A DNA stretch of 64,000 bases from an uncultured Candidatus Saccharibacteria bacterium (GTDB lineage: Bacteria; Patescibacteriota; Saccharimonadia; CAZBQI01). The notes beneath the pieces are model-generated. The model saw only the letters and a list, made by a program, of their open reading frames with translations, was not told the origin of the DNA and made no database searches. Position 1 is the first letter of the stretch. Every line of letters starts with the position of its first letter. Shown piece after piece: positions 27,462 to 37,208 of the stretch. The stretch covers positions 67,126-131,125 of the forward strand of contig CAZBQI010000001.1 of the NCBI GenBank assembly GCA_964494105.1, in the 5' to 3' direction. The position numbers and the translations under genes were made by a program.

Positions 27462-28565
27462 ATGAACGAAGTAGATATAGCAGTAAGAATGGAAAATTTA
27501 ATGTCACATCAGTTGGGACGAGGGGGTCAGCCACTTGATCTTGATATTCAAAGGGTAGAGGGCGGCTGGAGTGCGGTAGAAGGAATACGGCTAGGACCTG
27601 ATTTGGAAGTGAGTCTTATGCGTGGGCCCCTAGAAATACCCCATGACTGGATACAAATTGGCACTGATTTAGTAGGGGCTTGGTCTGATTGGGCAATAAC
27701 TCAGGAATCAACTTGGATTGGCAAGAACCATGGTGTGGCATCGCCAATTATGAGGATAGACGGTACACTAGCCATGCAACCAGATAACACTATTGGCCTA
27801 GTGCCATACGAAGTAGAAGTTCGACCGTCTGGCTTGGGAATTGCTGCAGCCATAAGCCCAAAACTAAGATCCAAACTAGAAGCAGTAAGGAGCAGTTGGC
27901 CAGATGTAGTTACAAACGCAGCTGTTGTGGTAGACGATGGTGGTATTAGGCTTGATGATCATTTATGGCACCATGGCCGAGAAGAATCATTAGAGGACGC
28001 CACACATTCAGGCCAGTTGTTATTAGTAAGAAACAACAGTAATGGCAGTCCAGATCACCTAGCGCATTTAAGTGAACGTGCCATTGCTCCTATTACTAGT
28101 GATGGGCTAAAAACTCATGCTGCTACTTTAGGTATGGCAACGCTCGTTTCAAGTGTAGAAGAGCTAGACGGTTGGATGGACTTAATGCAAACTACAGGCA
28201 CTGTAATTAAGCCGGTTAAAGGCGCATATGCTCAGGGCGTAAGCATACATTCTAATGCACCAAAGAAAGAGCGACCTCGTGGTGTAGTAACATCTGGGCG
28301 ACTACTTCGCGATGCAGCCGAGCTAATTGGTCAAGACGGTTCTGTTTTGGTACAGCCGTTAGTCCCTCCTTTGGCCGGGGAAATAGGCCCCGACTCTTGT
28401 AAAATCTTACGATTATTTTGGGCAAATGATCTAGCGGGTGGCGGATGGGTTCCTTTGGGTGGAGTAGCGGTAACGCGTGACAATATTCGTGTACATGGAA
28501 CCTCGGATTCAGTTACTCAAGCGGTAGAAATTGTTGATGCACCAGCTCTTTCTGGTGTGTCTTAA
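27462..28565 (+). CDS. hypothetical protein with atypical composition (possible ATP-grasp-like C-terminal region)
   Basis: 367 aa. Strong SD (AAGGAGATAACA ATG). The protein is Trp/Arg/Gly-rich and Lys-poor, unlike its neighbours, and the local GC looks higher. No motif can be assigned confidently. Confidence 0.5.
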   Translation: MNEVDIAVRMENLMSHQLGRGGQPLDLDIQRVEGGWSAVEGIRLGPDLEVSLMRGPLEIPHDWIQIGTDLVGAWSDWAITQESTWIGKNHGVASPIMRIDGTLAMQPDNTIGLVPYEVEVRPSGLGIAAAISPKLRSKLEAVRSSWPDVVTNAAVVVDDGGIRLDDHLWHHGREESLEDATHSGQLLLVRNNSNGSPDHLAHLSERAIAPITSDGLKTHAATLGMATLVSSVEELDGWMDLMQTTGTVIKPVKGAYAQGVSIHSNAPKKERPRGVVTSGRLLRDAAELIGQDGSVLVQPLVPPLAGEIGPDSCKILRLFWANDLAGGGWVPLGGVAVTRDNIRVHGTSDSVTQAVEIVDAPALSGVS

Positions 28566-28617
28566 CAGAACCTTTGATATTTAGCTTATGCTATAATTTG
28601 GGGAGATATTATAAGGG

Positions 28618-30999
28618 GTGAAAGTGCCCATACTAACACAAAAACATCATAGTCTGCATCACGCGAAAACAAGGCGTCTCGAGCTAGTCTTAATCACATT
28701 GCTAATTGCTACACTAATTATTGGTTTTGTATCATTCAATTTTTACTCGCAGAACCAATCAGCCACAAGTGAATCGGTGCGACTAGCAAAAGAAGAACTT
28801 CAGATTGGGCAAGCCAAAAATGCTCAACAAACGATTAAATCTAAGCTTGGATTCTCGTTGTCTTACAACAAAGATATGTTTAATGTGACTGCTACCGAAT
28901 TTAGTGGTGAAGAGCCGAAAGACTATAATGATTCCCAAACTGCGGTAACTCGTAACTATGCAATTGTAGATATTTATCGACCTATCAACAGCGAGAATGA
29001 CGGGGTAGCTAAGTCATTTGATAGTTCAACTTTCGAAATCATAACTGATCGGACAAAAGAATTCTTTACTCAGAAACAGCTGGAACGCGGTCCGTTTTTA
29101 ACAGACCTCCAAGTAACGGAAGCCCGGTATAGGCCAGTAACAACCGAGGACGTTATTTATACTGAACTTAAGCGCGAGAAAGTAAATGTAGGTGACATTA
29201 ATTATTTGAAGGTTGAATATAGCGAGCAAAATCGCCGGTTCAAGCCAATTAACGGCGAAGAACCGAATAAAACCATTATTTATTACACCGTGCAAAATAA
29301 TCGACCATACGCGATAAAGATGCGTAGTCTGAATTCAGATTCAGCTAATTTGCCTTACTTTGAAACAGTTCTAAAATCAATAGAATACTCTTCACCTGCG
29401 GAAGACGCGCAATTCACATTGAACGATACGACTACTCAAAAACACAAACCAAAACTCACCTGGCTATTGGTAGAGGGTGTGGATGCTGCCGGTGAAAATA
29501 AAAGCGGCATCGATACCGAAACCATTGAAGTAGTAGCCAAAAACACTCCGGCGGTTGTTAGGGTTAATACGGGCTATTGCACAGAGCCGACTGTTAGTTA
29601 CAAAGGAAAGAATGCTCAATTACCCCGTGGATGCGTGTTTGGCCACGGTAGTGGTTTCTTTATTTCCGGGGATGGATATTTGGGTACCAATGGACATGTT
29701 GTAAGGCTTAGTCCGGACGATGCAGTTGCTGGCGCCATAGTGCTTGGTAACGAAAAACTCATCACTGAAGCTCTAAGGTTTTATTACTCGGTTATTGGCG
29801 CTTCTCCAGCGAGCGTCGCCCGTCTATTACCCGAAAGCTTACAAGTAATTCTAACGGACCCCCAAGAAGCTGCAGATTTCGCCAAAACGTTAATGGTGGC
29901 TCAGTTTGGAGCGAAGAACGAGTATTCCGAATATGCATTGCAGCTTGGCAAAACTCCCGTAGCTGTAAATAAACAAGCGATTATTGGTGGCACAGCAAGC
30001 GCTAGTCAGGAAATGTTTGGGTACGACGAAAAAACAGTCAAAGCGCAGTTAAAAGGTTTAAATTTTAACCCCGATGATTTACGTTCACCAACGGGTGAAT
30101 TCAGTGCTTCGGATGTAGCCATACTGAAAGCTAATGGTAATAATTTCCCCACCACTATACTTGGTGAGATTGATGGGCTGGTAAGCGGTGCAAGCATTAC
30201 AGTAATTGGTTTTCCCAGTATTGCCGAAAGCATTAGCGATCAGTTCGCACCGGCAAAAGCCACCGCCACCAAAGGCATAGTTAGTGCAGTGCGAGACGAC
30301 CGCGGAAATGGTAAGAAAATTATTCAATCCGACGTTACAATTAGCGAAGGTAACAGCGGTGGACCAGCCTATGATAATGCCGGTAAGGTAATTGGCCTTG
30401 CTACTTATACACTGAAGGATCCGGATGGAGCTGGCCGAGTTAGCTTAATGCGTGACATCGCCGACCTGAAAGAGCTGTTGTCTAAAGAGGGAATAAAAAC
30501 AGGTTCAATTAGCAAAACCCAAGAAGAATGGTCCAAAGGGCTAGAGGACTTTTTAGGGGCCAAGTACTCTAAAGCCATTAAGCATTTCGATGAAGTGCTT
30601 TTAGAATATCCGCCTCATGTTCTGGCTCAGGAATACATCGATTTAGCTCAAAAAAAGAAGGCCAATGGCGAGGAAGCCAGTGACCCGATTGCAAATACTG
30701 TGAGTTTTTCTCTATTTATACTATTGCTGTCAGCTGCAGTTGTAGTATTCGTTAAGGTGCGCTCACATCGCAAGAATTTACCACCAACAAATAGTTCAAA
30801 TGCGTCGGGCGTATCATCGTCATCAGCACAATCAACGCCTCCAACAACTACTCAACCGAATCAAACTATTGCTCAGACGCCAAGTCAGTCAATCGTAGCA
30901 CCAAAGGCTGCGCCCACTAGCTCTTCTGTCGTTGCTACACAAGCGCATCAAGCAGGAGGAGTATATTATCCCGCTGTTGACGAGACAGCCAATAAGTAA
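28618..30999 (+). CDS. membrane-anchored trypsin-like (S1 / HtrA-like) serine protease with a large N-terminal domain and Ser/Thr/Pro/Gln-rich C-terminal tail
   Basis: N-terminal signal-anchor TM. The catalytic His is in GHGSGFFISGDGYLGTNGHVV, and the catalytic Ser region is GNSGGPAYDNAGKVIGL. A second TM helix near the C-terminus is followed by a low-complexity tail of about 90 aa. GTG start. Confidence 0.7.
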   Translation: MKVPILTQKHHSLHHAKTRRLELVLITLLIATLIIGFVSFNFYSQNQSATSESVRLAKEELQIGQAKNAQQTIKSKLGFSLSYNKDMFNVTATEFSGEEPKDYNDSQTAVTRNYAIVDIYRPINSENDGVAKSFDSSTFEIITDRTKEFFTQKQLERGPFLTDLQVTEARYRPVTTEDVIYTELKREKVNVGDINYLKVEYSEQNRRFKPINGEEPNKTIIYYTVQNNRPYAIKMRSLNSDSANLPYFETVLKSIEYSSPAEDAQFTLNDTTTQKHKPKLTWLLVEGVDAAGENKSGIDTETIEVVAKNTPAVVRVNTGYCTEPTVSYKGKNAQLPRGCVFGHGSGFFISGDGYLGTNGHVVRLSPDDAVAGAIVLGNEKLITEALRFYYSVIGASPASVARLLPESLQVILTDPQEAADFAKTLMVAQFGAKNEYSEYALQLGKTPVAVNKQAIIGGTASASQEMFGYDEKTVKAQLKGLNFNPDDLRSPTGEFSASDVAILKANGNNFPTTILGEIDGLVSGASITVIGFPSIAESISDQFAPAKATATKGIVSAVRDDRGNGKKIIQSDVTISEGNSGGPAYDNAGKVIGLATYTLKDPDGAGRVSLMRDIADLKELLSKEGIKTGSISKTQEEWSKGLEDFLGAKYSKAIKHFDEVLLEYPPHVLAQEYIDLAQKKKANGEEASDPIANTVSFSLFILLLSAAVVVFVKVRSHRKNLPPTNSSNASGVSSSSAQSTPPTTTQPNQTIAQTPSQSIVAPKAAPTSSSVVATQAHQAGGVYYPAVDETANK

Positions 31000-31034
31000 T
31001 AAGTAAGCTAAACTAGAAAGAAGGAGCCAAATAA

Positions 31035-31844
31035 ATGGACGACCAAAACCAACCCCAACCTACCAGTAATCCACCTGTACCTCCAGATCTGCCATCAGCA
31101 CCCATTACACAGCCAGTCATGCTAGCGACTTCTACGGCTCAAACTACGCCAGAACAAACAGAACCTGTTGATTCTCAGGCACCACTCGTATCTCCACAGC
31201 AACCACTTCAGCCTCAGCAAAATCCTAGCGTGCCACCACCAGTTCAACAAGCTCAAACGCCAGAGACGAGCAAGAAGAAGCGGAAATGGCCCAAGATTGT
31301 ACTAGTAATAGTCGTGGTTATCGTGTCCCTGTTTACTATTCTTGCTGTTTTCGGCGCCCTAATGAAGCCCGACCTGACTTTAACTGAATATAAAAATAGT
31401 GAATTCGATTACACTATTCTGCGCCCTGCCAAGTGGAGCGAAGACACGAAATCGTCTATTGGCGCTAAGTCTACTTTGTTTACAGATAAGATTGATAAAG
31501 ACAAAGAGCTATACCGTGCTTATATGGAAATTAGTGCTACAGCTCAGAAATATCCGGATTCAGTTTCTGACGCCGATGAGCTGTTTGATCAAATTCAATC
31601 AAGCATCAAGACAGAACTTAGTGGGTTTGCCCCAACCACAACAGACAACTCAGATTTCAAGGGCAATAAAGCGCGTCGTCTCGAGGGTACGTACAAATCC
31701 GGCTCGGAAGTTGGTAAAGCAATTGTACTAATTATTCTTGAACCAGACGGACAGGCGCAGGCATTGTTATTGGCATCGCCGGAAAAAACTTTTAAAACTT
31801 ACGAAAAGGCTTTTAACGAAATTATTGAGTCGTTTAACCCATAG
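31035..31844 (+). CDS. hypothetical protein: proline-rich N-terminus, single TM, extracytoplasmic C-terminal domain
   Basis: 269 aa. The N-terminal 80 aa is P/Q-rich, the TM helix is IVLVIVVVIVSLFTILAVFGAL, and a globular domain follows. Confidence 0.4.
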   Translation: MDDQNQPQPTSNPPVPPDLPSAPITQPVMLATSTAQTTPEQTEPVDSQAPLVSPQQPLQPQQNPSVPPPVQQAQTPETSKKKRKWPKIVLVIVVVIVSLFTILAVFGALMKPDLTLTEYKNSEFDYTILRPAKWSEDTKSSIGAKSTLFTDKIDKDKELYRAYMEISATAQKYPDSVSDADELFDQIQSSIKTELSGFAPTTTDNSDFKGNKARRLEGTYKSGSEVGKAIVLIILEPDGQAQALLLASPEKTFKTYEKAFNEIIESFNP

Positions 31845-31861
31845 TTATCAGAGGAGTAAAA

Positions 31862-32503
31862 ATGGTCAACAAAATAAAGAGTCACGCCCATATTGAACGG
31901 AAATGGAACGTCCTGGCAATTCTTGGCTTTGTGCTTGCATTTATACCGGTTTGGGCGTTAATTGCACCTGCTTTAGGTGTGATATCGCTAATTCAGATAA
32001 AGACAACCAAAGAAAAAGGGAAGGGCCTGGCGATAGCTTCTATAGTATTACCGATATTCTTTATCATTTTCATTTCATGCTTAATTGGATTTTTAATTAT
32101 CAGGGCTGAAAATCAAACAAGAAAAGAGGCTGAAAAATATGGACTAAGTAGTGGGTCGTATACTCAGCTGAGGAATTCGGTAGAGAATGATTGTTATAAG
32201 TATTTGCAGGCTCTCGATGCGGATATTAACAACACTAACAACGAACCATATGTTGCGAGCGATATAGATATATATAAGGTATCTGGTGATTTTGCAAGCG
32301 GGGATCGCACGTGTGGAGCAAGCCGTTTGAAAGAGAAGTTTATTGCAGAAAATAGAGGCAGATGGAAGGTAATTTTTACTGGGGAATATCCCGATTGTAG
32401 TTGGGCCGAGGAATACAATGTTCCGGCAGATATCGCACCAAAATGCCTGAGCGAACAGGGTGAGTTACAAAATCGATCAAGCCAAGTCCTATCTTCGCTT
32501 TAG
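31862..32503 (+). CDS. hypothetical membrane protein
   Basis: 213 aa with 2 N-terminal TM helices and a Cys-containing extracytoplasmic domain. Confidence 0.4.
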   Translation: MVNKIKSHAHIERKWNVLAILGFVLAFIPVWALIAPALGVISLIQIKTTKEKGKGLAIASIVLPIFFIIFISCLIGFLIIRAENQTRKEAEKYGLSSGSYTQLRNSVENDCYKYLQALDADINNTNNEPYVASDIDIYKVSGDFASGDRTCGASRLKEKFIAENRGRWKVIFTGEYPDCSWAEEYNVPADIAPKCLSEQGELQNRSSQVLSSL

Positions 32504-32539
32504 GGCGGTATCAAATTGGCTAAGGTATACTGAAGTAGC

Positions 32540-35182
32540 ATGAAACGGTTAGTAGTAATTGATGGTAAGTCTGTATTCTATCGGGGTTATTACGCCATGC
32601 CCAACCTGGCTACTCGCGATGGTACTCCGACGGGTGGAGTTTACGGTTTTGCCGTTTTGGCCCTGCAGATACTAAAAAAGCTCTCGCCCGACTACGTCGT
32701 TGTGGCTTGGGATAAAAGCAAAACTAATATTCGTTCTCGGCGCAAGTTGTACCCGGAGTACAAGGCCAATCGCAAACCAATGCCCGATGACATGCGCGAG
32801 CAAATTCCAGTCTTAAGAGAGCTACTAGAAGGTTTCAGCTGGCCGCTAATGGAAGTAGACGATTACGAAGCCGATGACATTATGGGGGCGCTAGCTAAAC
32901 AGGCACAGGCCAAAGGTATTGAAACAATCTTAGTAACCAGCGATATGGATTTACTACAGCTGGTAGACGGGAATATACAGCTTTATACGCTAAAAAAAGG
33001 CCTGACAAACATTGTGCACTACGACGACGCGCTTATTCAGGCAGAATTTGGTTTTAGCAAAGAAAAGTTTGACGATTACAAAGCGCTAAAAGGCGACAGC
33101 AGCGACAACATACCTGGAGTAGTGGGCATTGGTGATAAAACAGCCAAAGATTTGGTGCAAAAATACGAAACCCTAGAGAATATCTACGAACATATTGATA
33201 ATTTTAAGGGTGCTCTACGAAAGAATTTAGAAGAAAACAAAGAAATGGCTTTCTTAAGTCGAGAACTGGTGCACATTATGGTTGATGCCCCTGTAAAATT
33301 AGATTTAAAGGCGGCAGACGTGCAAGATGCCAACCCGGCTAAGATCGCCGATTTGTTCCAGCAACTTTCATTTAAGCGATTGATCGAGGAACTGCCTAGT
33401 CAAATGAAGGCGGAGCAACAACTGTTTACAACAGCAAACGAGCCAAAAAATGACTCACTCGATGTTAGGCCGACGAAAGTAATTGCCGATACAAAAGAGT
33501 TGGCTAGTGTTGTACCGAAAAGTACCAAAGAAGTTGTTCTATACTCATTTTTTAATCCACATGAATCATGGCAACTTCCCGTGCTGGACGGCGTATTATT
33601 TACGCTCGATGGTAAGCAATCGTATCTGATAGAAGGTAAAGAGAAGGCTCTATTGAAGACTTTTGGTACTCTATTGCAAAACAATAATATTGGCTTGATT
33701 GGTTATGACCTAAAGCAAGACATAGAAGCCTGGATTGATGTTGGAATTAGTTTAGAAAAGGTAACTTTTGATGTCATGGATGGTGCGTTTTTGCTGAATG
33801 CACTACTGCGCGAACAAACTTTGCATGATTTAGCTCAAGTCGAGCTTGGCATAAAACTGCCGGAGTTTGAACGCACTAGCGCAATAGATCACTCCCTGGC
33901 TGGTGCTGTAATGACTGCAATATGGAAGCTGTTTCAAACATATGAGAAGCAAATAAACAAATTGCCAAAAGTTTTGAAGGTTGCTGAGGAAATTGAATGG
34001 CCAATTATCCCTGTTCTGGCTCGCATGGAGTACCAGGGAATTCAGCTCGAAAGTAGCTATCTGGATAAAATGTCCAAAGATTTTGAACAAAAAATTGCCA
34101 GTGTTACCGAGCTTATTTATAAAGAATCAAAAACCGAGTTCAATATTAGCTCACCTGCGCAATTGCAAACTGTTCTGTTCGAAACTTTGGCCCTGCCAAA
34201 AGCTTTTGTTAAAAAAACCAAAACTGGCTATTCTACGGCGGCTAGCGAGCTCGAAAAACTGCGAAGTCTGCACCCCATAATTGACCTTATTACCCACTAT
34301 CGCGAACTAACAAAGCTCAAAAGCACCTATGTAGATGCCCTGCCGAAGCTGGTAGATAAACAGGGGCGTTTGCACACGAGCTTTAAGCTGACGGTAGCAC
34401 AAACCGGCCGTTTAAGCAGTGATAACCCGAACCTAATGAATATACCGGTGCGTACAGAGGCCGGACGGCTAATACGCAACGCTTTTGTGGCTAAAAGTGG
34501 CAATATGCTTATCAGTGCCGATTACTCGCAGTTTGAGCTACGCATTGCGGCGTGCTTAGCTAATGATAAAAACATGATTCATGCGTTTAACCAGGGCATA
34601 GACATTCACGCCATGACAGCTGCAGAGCTGGCCGACAAAGAAATCGGCGATGTTACCAAGTTTGAGCGCCGTGCCGCTAAGGTAGTTAATTTTGGCGTGC
34701 TGTACGGCATGAGTCCGCACGGCTTAAGTGTGGCAACGGGAATGACACGGGATAAAGCCAAGGAATTTATAGAGAGATACTTCGAGGTGCGCCAACCCCT
34801 GGTTAAATACCTGGATGGTTTGGTTACTCAAGCTAAAGCGGATGGTTATGTAGAGACACTATTTGGCCGGCGCCGGCCAGTGCCAGACATTCACTCGAGT
34901 AATTTTGTAGTGCGTAACGCCGCTGAGCGCCAAACCATGAACATGCCTATTCAGGGCACGGCTGCTGACCTGATGAAGTTGGCCATGATAGAGGTAGACA
35001 AACAGCTCGACGATGATTGCCAAATGTTACTGCAAATTCACGACTCGATTTTGGTTGAAGCTCCCAAAGCTAAAGCTAAGAAAATAGCAGAACGAGTAAA
35101 AAAAATCATGGAAAACATATATCAACTACCGGTAAGACTTGATGTTGACGTAGCCATTGGTAAAAACTGGGGCGAGCTTTAA
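32540..35182 (+). CDS. polA: DNA polymerase I
   Basis: 880 aa. It has a 5'-3' exonuclease/FEN domain, a central region in the 3'-5'-exonuclease position, and pol A motifs (DYSQFELRIAA, KVVNFGVLYGMS, QIHDS). Confidence 0.9.
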   Translation: MKRLVVIDGKSVFYRGYYAMPNLATRDGTPTGGVYGFAVLALQILKKLSPDYVVVAWDKSKTNIRSRRKLYPEYKANRKPMPDDMREQIPVLRELLEGFSWPLMEVDDYEADDIMGALAKQAQAKGIETILVTSDMDLLQLVDGNIQLYTLKKGLTNIVHYDDALIQAEFGFSKEKFDDYKALKGDSSDNIPGVVGIGDKTAKDLVQKYETLENIYEHIDNFKGALRKNLEENKEMAFLSRELVHIMVDAPVKLDLKAADVQDANPAKIADLFQQLSFKRLIEELPSQMKAEQQLFTTANEPKNDSLDVRPTKVIADTKELASVVPKSTKEVVLYSFFNPHESWQLPVLDGVLFTLDGKQSYLIEGKEKALLKTFGTLLQNNNIGLIGYDLKQDIEAWIDVGISLEKVTFDVMDGAFLLNALLREQTLHDLAQVELGIKLPEFERTSAIDHSLAGAVMTAIWKLFQTYEKQINKLPKVLKVAEEIEWPIIPVLARMEYQGIQLESSYLDKMSKDFEQKIASVTELIYKESKTEFNISSPAQLQTVLFETLALPKAFVKKTKTGYSTAASELEKLRSLHPIIDLITHYRELTKLKSTYVDALPKLVDKQGRLHTSFKLTVAQTGRLSSDNPNLMNIPVRTEAGRLIRNAFVAKSGNMLISADYSQFELRIAACLANDKNMIHAFNQGIDIHAMTAAELADKEIGDVTKFERRAAKVVNFGVLYGMSPHGLSVATGMTRDKAKEFIERYFEVRQPLVKYLDGLVTQAKADGYVETLFGRRRPVPDIHSSNFVVRNAAERQTMNMPIQGTAADLMKLAMIEVDKQLDDDCQMLLQIHDSILVEAPKAKAKKIAERVKKIMENIYQLPVRLDVDVAIGKNWGEL

Positions 35183-35188
35183 TTTTAT

Positions 35189-36112
35189 ATGAATCCAGAA
35201 ACAACAATAACAAAACAACAAATACGTAGTATCTTTAAGCATCATAGTCTATCTCAAAATCCTGAAATTAATCGGATAACAATCGGATTCAGCAATGAGA
35301 TTCATCGAGTTGATGACTACATTCTAAAAATCTACGTCCACAAAGACGAGGAAGGCTCATTTGATAAAGAATCGAAGTTTTATCGAGAACTTTACGGCAA
35401 AGTGTTAGTGCCAAGACTGCTTGTTGCCGATAAAAGCAGAGAAATTATAAAGAAGCCGTATATTATTTATGAAATGATTCCTGGCCAATCACTTGGCAAT
35501 TGCTGGCACCTACTTAATGATGAGCAAAGGAGGGGAATTATCAAAGTTGTGTGTGAACAACTAAAAATAATCATGGCGAACTATCCTGATGGTATTTTAG
35601 ATAAAGCGGAGTCTTGGCAAGATTATATTGTTGGGAGGTTAGAGGAAAAGTTAGCAACCGACAAAATAATCCGAATAATTTCGAATCAAACGAAAAGTCT
35701 GATTAATCAATACATTGCGAAAAATCGACATGTTCTAGAGCCGGCAAGGCTTGAATATACGTATTGGGACTTACACCAAGACAATATTATTGTTGACAAT
35801 GGCGGCCGAGTTACTGGCCTAATTGATTTTGAGCACATTGATGTTGTTTCTGTAGACTACCTATTAAACACTGTCCGACGAATGGTTTTAGACCCGGCTC
35901 GAAATGTAAGCGTGGAGATGGAAAAATATGCCAAGGTTGAAGATTACGCACATGTAATGGATTGGTTCCGTGAGTTTCTACCAGAGGCTTTTAACTTTTC
36001 GCATCTCGAGACCCGACTGGACTTTTACGAGCTAGATGAAGACCTGCGGATTTTACCGGATTTTCCAAAAGCGAAAACGTTGCACGATAGTATTGCTAGG
36101 ATAGTAGGATGA
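35189..36112 (+). CDS. APH / choline-kinase-like phosphotransferase family protein
   Basis: The motifs HQDNIIVDN and GLIDFEH correspond to the HGDxxxxN and IDxE motifs of the aminoglycoside phosphotransferase-like kinase fold. Starts 6 nt after polA. Confidence 0.7.
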   Translation: MNPETTITKQQIRSIFKHHSLSQNPEINRITIGFSNEIHRVDDYILKIYVHKDEEGSFDKESKFYRELYGKVLVPRLLVADKSREIIKKPYIIYEMIPGQSLGNCWHLLNDEQRRGIIKVVCEQLKIIMANYPDGILDKAESWQDYIVGRLEEKLATDKIIRIISNQTKSLINQYIAKNRHVLEPARLEYTYWDLHQDNIIVDNGGRVTGLIDFEHIDVVSVDYLLNTVRRMVLDPARNVSVEMEKYAKVEDYAHVMDWFREFLPEAFNFSHLETRLDFYELDEDLRILPDFPKAKTLHDSIARIVG

Positions 36113-36645
36113 ATTCGTTTATTTTTGTTCGTCACGGTGAAAGCCAAGCCAATGCATCTGGCCTAATTGCCACGCTAGATTCACCACTAACAGAAAAAGG
36201 TAAAGAGCAAGCTCATAAAACTGGGCAAGAATTAAAAAACAAAGGTATTGATACAATTCTTTGTTCACCACTAACTCGAGCCAGACAGACTGCCGAAATT
36301 ATTGCCGGGGAACTTAAAATTAACTCATCAAAAATCCAAATAGTAGATGATTTGCAGGAGCGTCTTGCACCTGGTTTTGAAGGAAAACGAAAGGAACACC
36401 CAGGTGAGTGGTATATTACAACCGATGATCCGCGCGAGGAATCAAGGCAAGTACTGGTAGAACGCATGGCAAGAGCTTTGGACTTAATCAGAAAGGCCGT
36501 TGGTAAAAAAGAGAATGTTCTGGTAGTTGGTCATGGAGCATCGGGTTACTATTTGTTTGAAGTTGCTAAAGGCAAAACCAAGTACAGTGAGTTTGAGCCC
36601 CCAGAACTTATGTTGAACGCTGATTACGTAAAAGTAGAATTATGA
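36109..36645 (+). CDS. histidine phosphatase family protein (phosphoglycerate-mutase-like)
   Basis: The N-terminal RHGES motif (FVRHGESQAN) and a later H (VVGHGAS). 4-nt overlap with the upstream gene. Confidence 0.75.
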   Translation: MNSFIFVRHGESQANASGLIATLDSPLTEKGKEQAHKTGQELKNKGIDTILCSPLTRARQTAEIIAGELKINSSKIQIVDDLQERLAPGFEGKRKEHPGEWYITTDDPREESRQVLVERMARALDLIRKAVGKKENVLVVGHGASGYYLFEVAKGKTKYSEFEPPELMLNADYVKVEL

Positions 36646-37208
36646 TTAAGGCGATAATTTTTGACTGTTTTGGCGTGCTGTACCCCGATGCGTCGTGGGA
36701 TTTTTTTAACAGTCTTAAAGACACCGGCAAACTAACGCGCGAAAAGTTGCTTGTGCACAACGAACAGGCAGACCTAGGGAAACTAAGCGAGGAAGAGTAT
36801 TACAAATACTACTCGGAACAAACAGGTATTCCTGTGCAGTCAATTAAGGACGGTGTGTACGCCAATTTTAGCCCTAATAAAGAAGTTTTTGAGGTGTTAA
36901 AAAAAATGGCCAGTAAATATCAGATTGGCTTGGTAACCAATGCCACAGTTTTTGATATGTTTATGCTCAAACGCGACGGAGTAGAAAAATATCTAGACTC
37001 AATAATCGTTTCGGCGAGCGTTGGTGTGACAAAGCCAAGTCCAAAAATATATCACTTGTCTGCTGAAGAATTAGGGGTTGAGCCAGAGCAGTGTATCTTT
37101 ATTGATGACCGCCAGCGCAATTTGGACGGAGCGACCAAAGTTGGCATGAAATGTGTTCTGTTTAAAAATGCCAAGCAACTAAATCAAGAATTGAAGCGAG
37201 TGCTATGA
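36642..37208 (+). CDS. HAD-superfamily hydrolase
   Basis: Motif I is IIFDCFGVL, motif II is VTNAT, and motif III/IV is K...IDDRQRNL. 4-nt overlap. Confidence 0.7.
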   Translation: MIKAIIFDCFGVLYPDASWDFFNSLKDTGKLTREKLLVHNEQADLGKLSEEEYYKYYSEQTGIPVQSIKDGVYANFSPNKEVFEVLKKMASKYQIGLVTNATVFDMFMLKRDGVEKYLDSIIVSASVGVTKPSPKIYHLSAEELGVEPEQCIFIDDRQRNLDGATKVGMKCVLFKNAKQLNQELKRVL

